Assembly (NCBI GenBank): GCA_036172245.1
Contig: JAYWIR010000031.1
Span: 310,001-374,000, forward strand
Direction: 5' to 3'
Origin: Raillietiella orientalis
Taxonomy: Eukaryota
Length of the DNA: 64,000 nt
Position 1 is the first letter of the stretch. Every line of letters starts with the position of its first letter. Positions 12,621-26,921 of the stretch are shown here, piece by piece. The position numbers and the translations under genes are program-made. Below the pieces are notes generated by a model. The model was not told where the DNA came from. It did not search any database and saw only the letters and a list, made by a program, of their open reading frames with translations.

Positions 12621-12646
12621 AGTAGTAGTAGTAGTAGTAGTAGTAG
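12621..12646. repeat. (AGT)n microsatellite
   Basis: Between 8 and 9 perfect AGT units. Confidence 0.9.
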
Positions 12647-13049
12647 AAAGCAGCGGCCTACCGGTGCGCCGTGCTGTGGCCAAACGGAAAGTCAACATCG
12701 CCATCGTCCCCCGTTTGCCTTCGTTTCGCCAGAAAGGTGGCCGGTGGGAGATCCTCGCCACATGATCCTGTAAAGTTGCAGCCTCTAAACCGCTGCTGCT
12801 GCTGCTGCTCCCAGAGAGGATGTTCGGCGTGGGGGAGCCTGCGGACGCACTGGAGAGGGCACCTCGCTGCAAGAGACACGTGCGGGGGTCGGACGAATCC
12901 GCAAGGGTCCCGCGTGCCACCAGTGCTTCGCCACACGTGGCGGACGATTCCTGGGAACGACCCGACGCAGACGAGAGCACGCGATCAGTTGGTTTTATTT
13001 TCGAGTTCCCACGGAACACTGCATCCGCCTGCATCGGAAGCAAAGCACT

Positions 13050-16000
13050 CTAAAGCCAACTCTGTTCGCTCAAACACTGTTTATGATGGGCAAAGGAAAG
13101 AAACACCTCTTCCAGAGTGGTCTCCGTTGCCGAATAGTCCTCCACCTCGTGGTAGCTGTTGCATACGCTTTCCAAAATGGAAAATATCTTGTCCCACGAT
13201 GCTTCCAGAGTAGATATGTGATAGCGCAGATAGGTCTACGGGAAAGGAGAGGTTACGTCGGATACGCTCGCCCCCGTCTCACCTCGTTGGAGTCGGTGAG
13301 GTACGCTAACGGAAAGAATGATGCGAAGAACCTTTTGAAGCTTTCCTTCCTCTCTTCACGCATCTGCTTCAGCTTGATTTCTACCGTGTATTTCTGCCCG
13401 TACCTCTGTTTCAAGTATTGGCTGGATCCGATGCATTGCAGCTGACCGTCGACCATTATCACAATACGGTCACAAAGCATTTCGCATTCATCCATCCTGA
13501 AGACTCGGTTACCCCGGACTGCACCACGGGAAAGGATCTACCCGTGGCTGGTAAGCACGATGGAACGACCCTGCTTCTTGATGCTTTCGAAGATCCTCCA
13601 CATCTTCCTCCGTGACACCGGATCCACTCCACAAGTGGGCTCGTCCAGAAAAATCAGGAGGGGATCGCTAACGAGAGCCACACCCAAGCTCAGTTTCCGT
13701 TTGTTCCCGCCACTGTAATACTGGCACTGAACGTCGGCATATTTTGCTAAATCTGACGACGGGAAAATCGCAACTCCTTCCTGCACCTGCTCACCCAGAA
13801 AGTGGATGAGGCGGCGCACGTGACCGTCCCTCAGTTTGGGGGAGTAGCCGTACAGATCCGCGAACAGGTTCAGCAGCTCCCTTCCTGTCAAGTTGTCGAT
13901 CAACGGATCATACTGTGGGCAGTATCCAATTTGCCTGAGGTACTGAAGCGTTCGAATGAGTTGAGAGCAAACTGGATGGCAACAACCGACCTGTTTTCGG
14001 TTCTTGTGGATGGAGACGCCATTTAAAATTGCTTCTCCGCTACTCATCACTTCGTCCCCTGTTAACATCTTGAATGTTGTCGTCTTGCCGGCTCCATTTA
14101 TCCCCAACAGTCCGAAACACTCTCCAGAATACACTCCAAAGGAAAGACTCTTTACTGCCACAAAATCCTTGAAAACCTTCGTCAAGTCATCGACAATCAG
14201 AACGTTTTCAGTGTTGTTTTTAACGGTCCCTGGTGGAGTCATTACCAAGTAAGGAATCTTCCGTTCTAAAATCTTACCATTTGCTAATAGCCGCTTTATT
14301 CTAGCAGTCTCATTCTTGATGTCTTCAGGAAGATCCTCTTTGAAACCCTTGGTAATTTTGGTCCTCAATCTAATCCACCAAGACGATACCAATTTCTTTT
14401 CAATGATGAAAATAACGGTTAAAATAATAACTGTATCGAAAACGAGAAACATGAGTCTCCAGTTGATTTGGTCTCCTTCCCAGCCGAAGTACGACTGAAG
14501 ACAGTCAACGTTCTTTTTTGAGAAAGTTTCTGGATAATGGGTTAAAGCGCTCTCGAATGTAATAACACATACCTGAACAAGCCTGAAGTTTCTCCCAAGA
14601 GTTTCCGGTTGCACTACTCTGTACGCACAAATTTTGCTGAAGAAATGCTTTGCTTTGGGCACATTTCTTTTTGTCATCAATTATGTTGAGGATCTGAATG
14701 ATACTTTGGGCCACAGGGAAGCTGGGAAAGAAATCGAAGACCCAAGATAACTTGTCTGACGCACTCTCAAGACTGTCACTTCCAGTGCTTTGGAACAGGA
14801 AGAGCACGAAGATAAATAAAAAACCTTGGTAAGGGCCCACTTAAACTTGCGTATACCAAAGGAAACTTACCTGAAACATAGTTGACGACGGCAAAAACTG
14901 TGTAGGAAGCACTCGATGATTTGAAAAGATAGCTGAATAAATAAGCGAAGTTAATAACGCAAATTCCGTACAGGAAAAGGACGAGGTATACCACCGCTAT
15001 ATACGAAAGAAAATGTACGAATTTTTTTTCTTTTTTCCCATCTTACCTAATGCGTCTGAAAGGAAGAATGCATTGAAATCCATTAAGGCAAAGATTATCA
15101 TCATCAATGCAGCAATTGCGTTATAAATGAGAAAATCCCAAATAAAACTCATCAACCAATAAACTAAGGGTGACACCTGAATCCAGGGAATCAAAATACC
15201 AAACAAGGAAAAAAAGACAAACTTACGCCGCTCATCAGCTGCAACTGTTTGGCTTTAGATGTTCTCTCGTTATGTGGTGCCACAAGATAAGTGGCAGTAC
15301 TAAAAGCCAAGCCCATGATAACCAAACTATTGAATGTTATTCCTAGGAGTTGCCGATTACCAAAGCCACCTGACTTTGAGGTGAGGAACAGAATTTACAA
15401 AAAAATATTCAAAGAAATCCGATTAACACCTGAACTTCCAAAGGCAAAGGATGGTTGGCAGCTTTTATCATATAGCCTGATCCTACTTCTGATATAAGAG
15501 TAGCCACATTGATTTTATTCATGGAAATAGGGAGTGAATGCAATGCAAGGGTATTGTACAGAGAGGTAATTGCACCATTTCTGAATTCTGCTCCTATAAT
15601 GTAACTCTCACGATACCTTTCCAAAGACCTCTTGCTTGCATTTAAAAGAAATCCGATAATATTGCTGCCAGAGTCTTGTATTTCGTTGAGATCGTTTCCA
15701 TGTGCTTCACGATACGACTGTCTGCATTTTGTATCGTTTGCAGTTTGGCAACTAATCACACTAAACGTTTTGGTAGGAAGGTTCCTTAATTCTAAGGTGA
15801 GGAGCTTCTCCTTTGAATTGTTTGCTCGGATGGTTGAATTGACCAAAACGAATGCGAGACAGGTAAGTAGCACGGGCATTGCTATCTTGAAAAAGAAAAT
15901 TAGATCAGTAATACAAATAAAAACAAACGTTATAAATATGTACCTGACCAAACAGAAGCCACGGTTTGCGAAAATTGCATAAAGCTCTTTTCCATAGTAA

Positions 16001-19000
16001 AGCTTTGGACTGCTGAATGAGGAGTCTGAGACCGCTGTTTCGAAAGGAGTCTACGAGAAACAATAAGGGCACTTTACATAAAGCACAATCAAGTACACAG
16101 ATACAAGTATGGGCTTGTGTATTTTTTTTGGATTCATTTCGCATTCATGATCTCTTTCCTTCCACATAGTGATCGCAATCCACACGAAAGGGAATTTGAT
16201 TTCGAATTTAGAGATTTGGAAAGTCTGGTTCTACAAAACGAAAAATGGACATAAGGGAGACAGACTGTGCTACCAAAACTTGTGCCTCTATGAAGCAGAC
16301 TTCCGTGCAAGCAAGGAAAAAGAGGGAGAAGAGAACCCCACGAAGAAAATGTTGGCGGTTCAATTCGTTCGGACCAAACTATCAGTGCAAGAGCAGCTAA
16401 TCCCTTAGGACACACTTTTTACGTTCCACAAGCTCCGGTCGCCCCACAGAAAGTCCTCGAATTTGAAACGCTGCGGTTCCATCAGTGATGCACTCTAAGA
16501 ATCGGGTGCTTCGCGGCTATTTGCTTAATTTTCACTCGAGGCAACCTGTGAGACGGGACAGACATTTTCTTCAGAAGGGACACTGTGAGAAGCTCCTTCT
16601 GCTACCGCGGTTTTCGCCTTTGCTGCAGAGAAAGCAAAATGAATTTCTGCGGAATATTGAGATCAACAACAAAGCTTCCCAAAAGTTGTGTGAACGAAAA
16701 CTCCGTGCTTCTTTCCCCTGTCTACTCCTTTCCCTTCCTTTTTTCACTTTAGACCTCATATCTAAATGATCACTTTGAATTTTGAATCAAACGATACATC
16801 CGAAAGGAAGACCATGGGCTCCCTATCCCAAATGACAAATCCACAACTTCCACTGATGTAGATGGGGCCTCGACATGATCCCCTCGAGGGAAAACTATCC
16901 GCCAAGTTACAATAGATGAACAGCGTGCACAACGTGGCCGAAAAATTCATGGGAAGGCAAAAGCAAATACGAATGATCAAACTTTGAAAATTCCAGTGAA
17001 AGAAATGTCGTAGCAAACGTATTCGTTCCAGAACACACTGCAGAACTTTATACTTCATCTTCACCTTTCTGTATCACGCATGGTGCTTCCTTTGTGCTGC
17101 CAATTTCAAGCAGCACTGGATTGCAAAACTCGGTGGATTTCGGCAATGGGTTTTCTGCATAGCCTTCCATGTCGGAAATTCTAAGAAACATGAAGAAGAA
17201 ATGGGGAAAATCTCCTGTGTCCTAAGATTACCTTTGAAACACTTCTTCCATTGTTGTCAGATGTACACCAAAGCTTTCGATACGGAGAGCATCCTTTTCC
17301 CTTTTCAAAGCATCAAAAAGGGATGAAAAGCTATTTTTGCTTCCAAAAGGAAGGCATATTTCCATTTCTTTACTTATTTCTCTAAGCAAACTAGCATCAG
17401 AAACATACTCAGAGACAAATTCAAGGATACGCCTTGAATCACACTGCGCATCCTTAATGATTGAGAGATTGTAGCCAGCACCTACGTAAGGTTGTAAGTG
17501 GAAAATTAAAGCTCGAGCAAGTAAGGTAACTACCAAACTTTTCTTTCAAAAACATAGGGGAGCCCATACAGCAGATGCGTCCGGAAGTCATTATTATGAT
17601 CCTGTCTCCTAGGATATCTGCTTCCTCCATATAATGCGTAGTCAAGAGAATGGTGCGCCGCATACGTTCTCTCTGAAAAAAGAAAACGAAAATGCTAGAG
17701 CAGTTTCATAAAAAACTCAGTTTTCGCAATTCAAGTACAATGTATTCATTTGAATATTTTTTCTTCTCCTTCCAACCTTTAGAATATCCCAAACAACTCT
17801 ACGTGCTTCCGGATCCATACCAGATGTAGGTTCATCCAAAATGACTATCTTTTGGAAAGAGTCATACTGTTTTAAAGTCCACTTGTTACATCTCTACTTA
17901 CTTCGGATCCCCCAATGAGTGCAATTCCCAAAGATAACTTGCGTTTCATACCCCCAGATAGCTTTCCTACTACTGTATCACGCTTGTATTCAAGCTCCAG
18001 ACTCTTTAGATAGCTGTCTGCTTCAGAAATGGCTGAAGAACGGGGCAAGCCTTTCAGCTAAACAAAATAAACATTAACAAATATCCAAGCCAACGCAAAT
18101 ACACAAACAGTCCGATATAAATAACCAACAAGTTAATTTTTACCCTTGCAAATAGAACAAAATGCTCATAAACAGACAACTCGGAAAACAGCATGCTGTG
18201 CTGAGGACACAACCCAAGCTTAGTTCGGATTTCTTCCATGCTGGAATGAATATTCAATCCATCAATGATCACTGTTCCACTTGTAGCAGAAGTCATTCCT
18301 AAGCAAATGTAAATGAAATCCATTAGACACGCATGATATTTAACCTGTCAAAACCGAAATAGTAGTAGTTTTTCCGGCACCATTGTGGCCTAAAAGGACG
18401 GAAATGTGACCAAAATAGGCATTCATATTGATGCGATCAACAGCTACTGTATGTCCTTCTTTTGCATGATATTCTTTACGGAGATTTTTAATCTGAATGC
18501 CTGGTTTCAAGCCAACAGGTTCTTTTTCTTGAAAATCGGTGGAAATATATGGAAGCGGACTCTCGATGATTGAATTATTCGATTTACTTGATATACAACA
18601 CATCTAAAGAAACAATAAAGTTCTAACTTTATTTACCATTGGCTATTGCATAAACTAATTGGTCAAACAAAATAACATCAAATGAAATTGCAAATACAAA
18701 ACAGAATCCATTTGTTTAGAAAAAAAAGGGGAAAAATATAACGCAGAAAGGCCTGAACACTTTACAAGTAAACACTTGCAAAGAGACGCATTTGGCTTTG
18801 ACTTCATTTTACACGTTTTTAAATACAACTCTTACAGGATCTTTATTTTCAGGGTGAGATCCTTAGGCACAAGTAATGTAACATGACAAGAATAAGTGCG
18901 AGTTACAGCATAAAATTCCCAAATTATTAAATCATTTAAAATCTAATTCTGCATATGGAAGATTTCTCATGCAAAACTGCAAAATACGTTACTAATTTTG

Positions 19001-22000
19001 TACCAAAGTTATTTGAATAATGCTTCAATCGAGCACACTTTTTCCACAACTTTTCATTGTTCATCTTGTATGCAATGGAACATTGCATACAAGATTCATA
19101 CCTTAAATCAATAAAGTTACCAATTCATAAAATACACACGCAACATAAAAATATAAATCCTTTATGTGAATCATCAAAGGAAATTTTTCTTTTGAGATGA
19201 GCTCTAAAATTTATGAGTGGGTTTGGATGTGCAATGAAGCCCAAGTTTGCACCAGTCTCAGCTTATTGTGCACTGTAAACCTGGGACTTGTCATGAATTC
19301 TTGACAAGTCTTTTGAACCAAAACCTTAGATCAGCACTAAGACATAAGCATAAGACTTCTCTCTAGCATGAACAGTCATTTTTCAAGTCACCATTTTTCA
19401 ATTCAATATCTCTAGTCTTTGAACAATTGATATTCAATAGCTTTCTATCTGAGTTCTAAACAACTCCAACTGCATCCAAATACATATAAGGAGACAATTC
19501 CATTGTCCTGGTTTCTGATTACAGTACAACGTGGGTACTGTGTTACAATTACTATAGTAAGCAGAAATTTGCAAGAAGAACAACAAAACTAATTTTTTCT
19601 TGTCGGAATTATGATATATAAGTTCCCCAGAAACTGTAGGCAAATGAATGAAATAATAATGAGCAACAGAAAAAAACTTTATGAGATGGATAATTAAATG
19701 CTCATTCATTTCACATTTACTTAGATAACAGATCTTTTTGCTTTCATGTAGCATGTACATTTCAGGTTTTTTTTCGCTTTCTATTACAAAAAACCATGAT
19801 GTCAAAAACCGTAAAACAACTGTGGTCAGGACAATTTGATCATGCTCATTCAAACTCAGCTCCAATCAACTTGGAACATGTTTCAAGGGTATAGTTTTTT
19901 TTTTGTGTGTAATGTAGCTTGAAAACTCCTGTATGATAAAACACATGCCTCAACATGAATGTAAAAAACTTGAGTAACTTACGAAACATTATGAAGACAA
20001 TATTTCGTACAATGAGAAATGATCTGGGCCGTATTCTTTTCCAATGAAGCAACACTAAAGGCGATTTTGCCTTCATCTTCTCTGCCTTCATTCGGTAGCT
20101 GAATTTCTTTTGCTTTGGATCAAAGTATGAGCTGAGTAAATGATGCAGCATACTTCACTAGCAGATGCACACACACTTATAATTAATCTACTTTGCTGTA
20201 GCATTTATCCATTAAGTTTCATGTACAAATAGCTCATTTCTATAAAGCTGAAAGATATGCTGATATTGATCCCATGCAATCAACATAATTTAATCCATTT
20301 TCAAAACTATACTACTTTCTTTGTGTTCATAAGATTTCAAGAACAAAATTCAGCATTTTTCCTTAAATACTAGCTGAATGAAATTTTGCCTTAAGTATTA
20401 TTTTGATGTTTGTTATCACAACAAATTCAATAGTACGGGGTTTCAAAATTAAGCCAAATTATGCGGAATTAAGAACATGCTTCTTCTATCTCCTTAACTT
20501 GTGAATGTAATAGTAAAACGCAAATTTAAACCTTGTATCACTTAAATAAAAAAGTTCACAAGGATGATTCCTTCACAGCAAAATAAATAAAAGCGATTAA
20601 CTATGATAGGAAAGGTTTCTCACTCACATCACAATTCCCTGTTCCTTCTAAGTACTGTAATGAAATAATGGTTCATTATAAGCATTTTGCTTCCAAAAGT
20701 AAAAATTTCCTAAGCAGCAGAAATGGCTCAATTTTGCCCCAGTAACTGTCTCAGTTTTTGCACTGCAACCCCAGGGCTTGTTGTCACATTTCCCTCTCAA
20801 CTGCATTCTAATGATTATTGAGTTTTGAACAAAATATCAAGTCATTCTGGAAATTAACCAGAAAAAGTACGGACATCGGACATTGATAAAACGGACATCT
20901 TTTTTCCAGCTAATTTATTACTTTTCCACCCTTTGTATTTTGCCTTTCATTCTTTTTTGCTAGCTCTGATCTGTTTTGAAGACTTGGGCACAAGTTATTA
21001 CATCAAAGCTAGCAAGAAATCTCTACCACCTCAATCCAAGTTTCCCCTCTACTATTTCAGAAAAATGAAAGGAAAAATCATGAATTTTGTAGTCTGTAGA
21101 CCATTTAGTTTACGTACTATAGCATTACCGAACAAAGTGCAGATTACCCTATAAGATAAAGTAAAAGAAAAAATAAATTTCATTAATTTCTGTATGAAGA
21201 GTCCTTGATCAGAAAGTTACATATAACAACATTTTCGGTAGATTGCTTTTTCTTAAAAGAGAAAGTGACATTTTTCTTAAAAGCATCCTACCAAAAGTAT
21301 TGCTATAGACAGCTTTCTAATCAAGGACTTTTTGCTAAACTTTAACACTTTAAAAAAATGCAAAATCTTACATTTGCAAATTTAATCATAAATTTGAATT
21401 TCCATTTTTTTCCCTTGCTAGCAACACAACGTTCACTGCATTTCTGTTAGAAGGCTTCAAAAAATCCTTTTAAATACCATGAATTAATGAGAACCAAAAG
21501 TCTGAATATTTGTTTTAATTGTCAAGGAAATTACTAACAGTTGTGCATTTGTGGAATTACTTAATATTAATAAATTCTGTTTTGCAATTCATATCATGCA
21601 TCGAAATTCAAAAGTGTCTGCATATTTTGGATTTAGTAATTTCAGTTTTAAAATTCACATAAATAAAAAATGTTAATAAATTCACATAAATGGGAACATC
21701 AGTAATGTCTTTCAAAAATTATCCTGAACACTGAAAATACACTAAACCTTCTACAGAAAATAACAGAAAATAAAAAGAACCTGAATTGGAAAATACCAGG
21801 GATATGCCACTCCAAATCGACCTGGTCGAACACAGTCCATATACCAAGTGAGCAATGCAAAAAGTATGGAACTCACAATCATCATCAACAATGTTTCAGA
21901 AAATGAGATAGGATTTTTAGGATCAGTATACTCGTATATATTCATCCAATGGATGCCAATGCCTAAAAAACATCTAAAAAAATGCAAAAAAAATATAATT

Positions 22001-25000
22001 AAATTTTTTCACCTGATGCTTCTAGCTGAGCAATGATTTTGAAGCTAAATACAGGTGCAACTGTAGGAATGATACACAATAACATGCATGCAGCATGAGA
22101 AAGAGGAGAACTATCTGACTGTGGGATCTTCAACATAGCATTTGGAACATTGAAGAAGACTAATAATAAAATGAAGCAAACTGGAATTGTAAGCTGTGCT
22201 GAAATGAAGCATTAGCAATTATAACTATTTTTTATACTTACGTTTACTAAACAAAGTCGTTGTGAAGAAACAAAAACTGATGAAGGAAAGTCCAAAGACA
22301 AAAAGCAACAAGAAAATTAAACTTGGATCAGATTTATCTATGATGGCACCTGAACTTATGAATGAAGCACATAAGATAAAAGTTAAAATCAAGGTGAGGA
22401 TTATGAAATTAGCCAGAGCACTCAGAAACCAGGATAACCAATATAGCCATCTTGACATGCCCATGAGTCTCATTAATTCCTAGATAAGCAAATATAACAC
22501 TTAAATAATAAAGAGAAAAACCTTACTTTCACACCAGTTAGTTTTTCTTTCACCATACACAAATGTAAATTAGGCACCAGAATCAACAATGAAAATAGTA
22601 GTAAAGATGGAATGAAAATTCCAAAAAGCATAGTTTCTCCAGAAGCTTCAAAATATGGTGGATATGGAAAACCTTGCAGAAGGTATTCTGGCTAAAAAGC
22701 AATGCAAAATTTGTTTTCAAAGATCCATTTAAAATTTTATTTGAATACAATTATGAAAGTGCAATCAAATTTTCAAGTCTGTTTCGAAAATATGGTTAAT
22801 AAAGATAAAAAAAACATCAGCCTCATATAAACAAATGTGTATGTCATTACAAAATGCTGTATTCTACAATTGACTTAAGAACAGGTAACTGCATTGATTC
22901 TGTGCAAATCAAAGTGCTGTTACCAAACACTGGTAGTTTCAGCATTTTTCACATCTGTCTTACATCCATTCAAATAAAACCAAAGTTAGACTGTTTGTAC
23001 TGCAAAAAATAAAGGACTCTCTGATTCTTTTTTATTCCTTCGAATATTGATATAGAAATACTGTCAGAAATAATTCTTGTGATCTTTTAATGTTTGACTT
23101 TGCTGATGAGATGGAATAAAATAATTAAATGCTTCAGTTGAGCTCTGTCAAATTTAGAAACCTTTATTTTTCTAAATATGACAAATATTTTCAGATTTTC
23201 CATACTTTTACATTAAATTTGAAGATCGCTTTGACATATGCAATCAGCACTAGAACAATCAGAAAATCTCTATCTGAATGCGATTTTGCCCTTCTAACAA
23301 TAAATACAAATATTTACAAGACACAGCTTTGATGTCGAGAATTAAATTGTAAACATAAAAGTCTACAAACAAATCATCATTTTACAATAAAAAGGAGATA
23401 CCGGGTTGTTAATTTCATTTTCCAATTCAGCTGAACATGTTGAGTTGTTTTTCTTTCGTGCTTTCAAAAGACTTATGAAAGAATGATCAATGAGGTGTTG
23501 CATTTGTAAAAAATCCACTCCAGTGTGTGCTAAGTAAATGTACTTATCTAAAAAATATAAGCATTAAGAACAAGAAACACTGGTAATAAAGCAGAACAAA
23601 CCATAACATGGATAGAACAATACATACTAAAGACTGATGGCCCTGAAAGCTGAAATCTGGGAAACTGCAGTTCAGTCTCCCATAAGGCCTTTGTCCGGAG
23701 GTGATATGAAAGAACTTTTGGTCCTTCAGATGCTTTTTGGAAAACCACACCACCATATAAAGGACCTTGCAAAGAGTTGTTTTCCATAGACCTTCGAACA
23801 ATTTCTTCTTCATTATCCACCCCAAGGAACACTTAAACAAACATACGTATATTACTTTTTTTATAGTACTGATAAAAAGACTTATAAGCATGGCTTAAAA
23901 ATTCATCAATTCCTCGACAAAACAGTTATTTTCCCTTGGGATCAAAAATTTTGGATCACTTTAATGAATCAACCAACATTTCTAATATGTATTTTTGAAA
24001 GGTTAGATGTATTTTTTTCCCATGCCATTCTAAAACTTCTAAAACCTGTTTCTTGGTTAGAGGTTGAACCAATAAAATCGTCCAGTCTTTCATTGTATCT
24101 GAGTGAGCAAATAAGAATTATAAATAAAATCTGCGTAATTCTATTGAATAAACCAGGATACAACTGAAAATAACCCTATCTTCCTTCTTCATGGGGGCAT
24201 GCACAATTTCATACGACCGGCTTTTTGGTGCCCATTCATAGTTCATAGTATTTCCTTTGATTTTCGTCATTTAGCATTTGCAGATATGTTTTGGCGTTCA
24301 TAAAATGCAGCTTTGTAATATTATTGATAGTAAAGATAAATTTGTATCGAATTACAAATGTACTTTTCTGATATCAACTTTATCTTCATACCAAGACAGT
24401 TTAAATTCAAAAACGTCTACAGAAATACTGTTCAGAAGAATAGCTGATCAAGTGCCTTGCGTGTTCGGTTTGTTTTTACGTACATGAAAAACTCGCTCTA
24501 GAAATCAGACTTTCCAAATTTGACTACCTCGCACTGACAGTAGCAGTGATACTTGAGCGCACATCAGCAGAATTACAACAACAAAAAATCTTTACTTAAA
24601 CCATAATTCTTTTTCATCTAAAATAAATACATAGAGTCGTTATAACTATGCAAGGACATGTAAAAACTCTAGAGATACTATACTTAAAAGTTGTAACTAG
24701 AATCATAATTGAGTGGAAGCATTGTACACCATAATTAGGCGTACTGTCTTTGACGTGGCTAGATTGCACAAACAGTTTTTATTAAAATTCAATTACTATA
24801 GGATTCTTATATGCTTTCATCACTTGTACCAATCATGAATCTTCTGTAATTCGATTCGTATTTTCTTCTGGTTACTTTTGTTTTTGTTTTCCTTTATTTT
24901 CTAGCAACGTTTTTTGCTACTAGATGGCATTGCAACTTCGCTGAGCATAACAAAATTAACGAGTTCTTTGAATAAAATCCTTACTTAATTCGAAAGCTTT

Positions 25001-26921
25001 AATGATTGTGCCATTCTACAATGCAGTTTGAGTATTCCTTCTAGAATTCTTTGTTTGTGTGTTACTTAAATACAACTCTTTGAGATATAGATTGTAAAGT
25101 AATGGTCTTCAGTTCACTGGCGGTCGATATAGTGAGCATTAGAAAATACTAAAATGCTTTCCTTTCCCTGATTGACATTCGAGACTAATATTCTTTGGAT
25201 AACGCTTTTATTTGTGATGCAATTTTTGATTCAAAATATCACTTTATCTTGGCGATACACTTTCTTAACCTAGAGAACACAATCACTTCATCAACAAAAC
25301 TCTGCTGTTTTTATTTCAATACATTTTCTCGCACATTTCCACGCTCATTGATTTTGATTACAAGAAGTCAGTTGATTCCCTACGGCAAAACATGTGAAGC
25401 TCTATTGCTGTTGTCGGTTCATCAATCCCTTGGATAATCCTTTAGTATCTCTAACTAAATCCTGAATCATAAACACTTTATGCAAGAAACCCAACATTCG
25501 TCTCGATTTATATGGTTATGTTGTAGCATTACTTTTATCATGGAAAAACTATCCTAATGGAAATCGACAAGGAATACTCTCAAACCCGGAAGTAGAGTTT
25601 TCATCAGAATTTGTAATTTCTTATAGTAACGTCGTATAATATCTGATTTATGTTATTTGGATTGTCTTTTCTTTTCTCCAAAAATAATTCACTCATGTGA
25701 AAGCTGTTACAGTAAATGATGCACGATCTTTCTAAGTACGTATTATATGTATAGATATTAACTTCTACTTGGATTTTCGTATGTTCAATAGCTGAAGTTT
25801 TTCATCACGCGATTTATCACCGACGGTCTGAAAATATGAAAAACTCTTGAAATCGAAAAAATGAGACAACACAATGAAATGAATTTCCTTTATAATTGTA
25901 AGAATATGAGTGGACACAGAGCCAAGCCATAAGTCATATTACATGGGACTGTTTAACTTTAATGGGTAATCACCATTGTTCGAAGTCGCAGACCAGGGTC
26001 GCCACATTCTTATCACTGTGAGGAGTTTAAAAGCATTTGTTCCTGCACAAAACCTCTGATTTCAATTTCTCATTTCTTTCACTCAAGATTGGAAGGATTC
26101 AGTAATCAAGTTTTTTTTTTTTTTTGAGAATCACCACGTTTCTAGTCGATCAAACTCTTTAGCACTGAATTTTTTTCTCTTTTTTATATTTTCGCGAAAG
26201 TTTTAAACATTTTTCTGAACTTAGTGTAGTTTATTTGTTATTCTTTGCAATCTTGTATCCTTAATTTTCCCTAGTCCAATCATCGTCGCGTTTAAATTCT
26301 CGAAATGTCTTGAATGCAGAGGAAGAGAAAGAGCGGTTTTCGAATACTAGTTTTCAAACTCTTGTGAGTATTGGAACGTGGAAATTTAACCCTGGATTAA
26401 GTAGATGTTGATAATCTCTGAGTAACGTTTCCCTTCAATCTGTACGTGTAGTCGGAACTGATCGACTAACTTGCTGTTTCCCCCAAAATTGAAAAATCCA
26501 GGGTAGGTTGCAAGTCTTTTTGAAAAATGAGAGAGAAAGCAAAACAAAAGACCTCCTTACCTGCATTCCGAAGCTTTAGAGCATCAGCGATACATGCCAT
26601 AAGTTCGTCTGTGAAACTGCTTTTTGGTGTGTACAGCCAGACTCCATCCTCTCGTACCTCAGATTTAAAGCTTTCGATCAAAACTGAGAAATTCTCCGGA
26701 GGAAATATGGTATCGTTCGCAATTATCTTTCCGGAAAACGAGCTTCCAGGCAAGCTTTTGATCAGTATTAGTGACGCAAAGAACAAGATTGGTAGCACTA
26801 ACTCGAGCAATGTCAACAGCTTATGCTTCCACTTTGAACGCAAGTTCTTTTCTTGCAAAAGCCACAACTTTCGCAGCTTCGAAGTCAGAATCTCCGTGTT
26901 GCGTTTAGTCTTGTAGCTCAT
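13050..26921 (-). CDS. ABCA: ABC transporter subfamily A (ABCA3-like full transporter), about 1698 aa, 26 exons
   Basis: Exons: 26561-26921, 23628-23831, 23402-23547, 22527-22691, 22242-22479, 22013-22198, 21781-21962, 18345-18603, 18144-18298, 17902-18057, 17777-17848, 17534-17672, 17232-17481, 17065-17180, 15944-16050, 15430-15885, 15227-15373, 15047-15176, 14871-14996, 14573-14824, 14278-14529, 13991-14229, 13795-13942, 13542-13752, 13283-13496, 13050-13235 (sum 5097 nt). NBD1: [40 protein letters not shown]2: [32 protein letters not shown] motifs TTMEEVF and TTLEEVF. Confidence 0.93.
19063..19095. repeat. Perfect 15-bp inverted repeat with 3-nt loop in ABCA intron 7
   Basis: ATCTTGTATGCAATG-gaa-CATTGCATACAAGAT. 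Confidence 0.85.

Noticed and set aside
14840..14870. Apparent 31-nt ABCA intron
   Set aside because: An in-frame acceptor at 14825 gives a 46-nt intron typical of the locus; RNA evidence is needed to decide.
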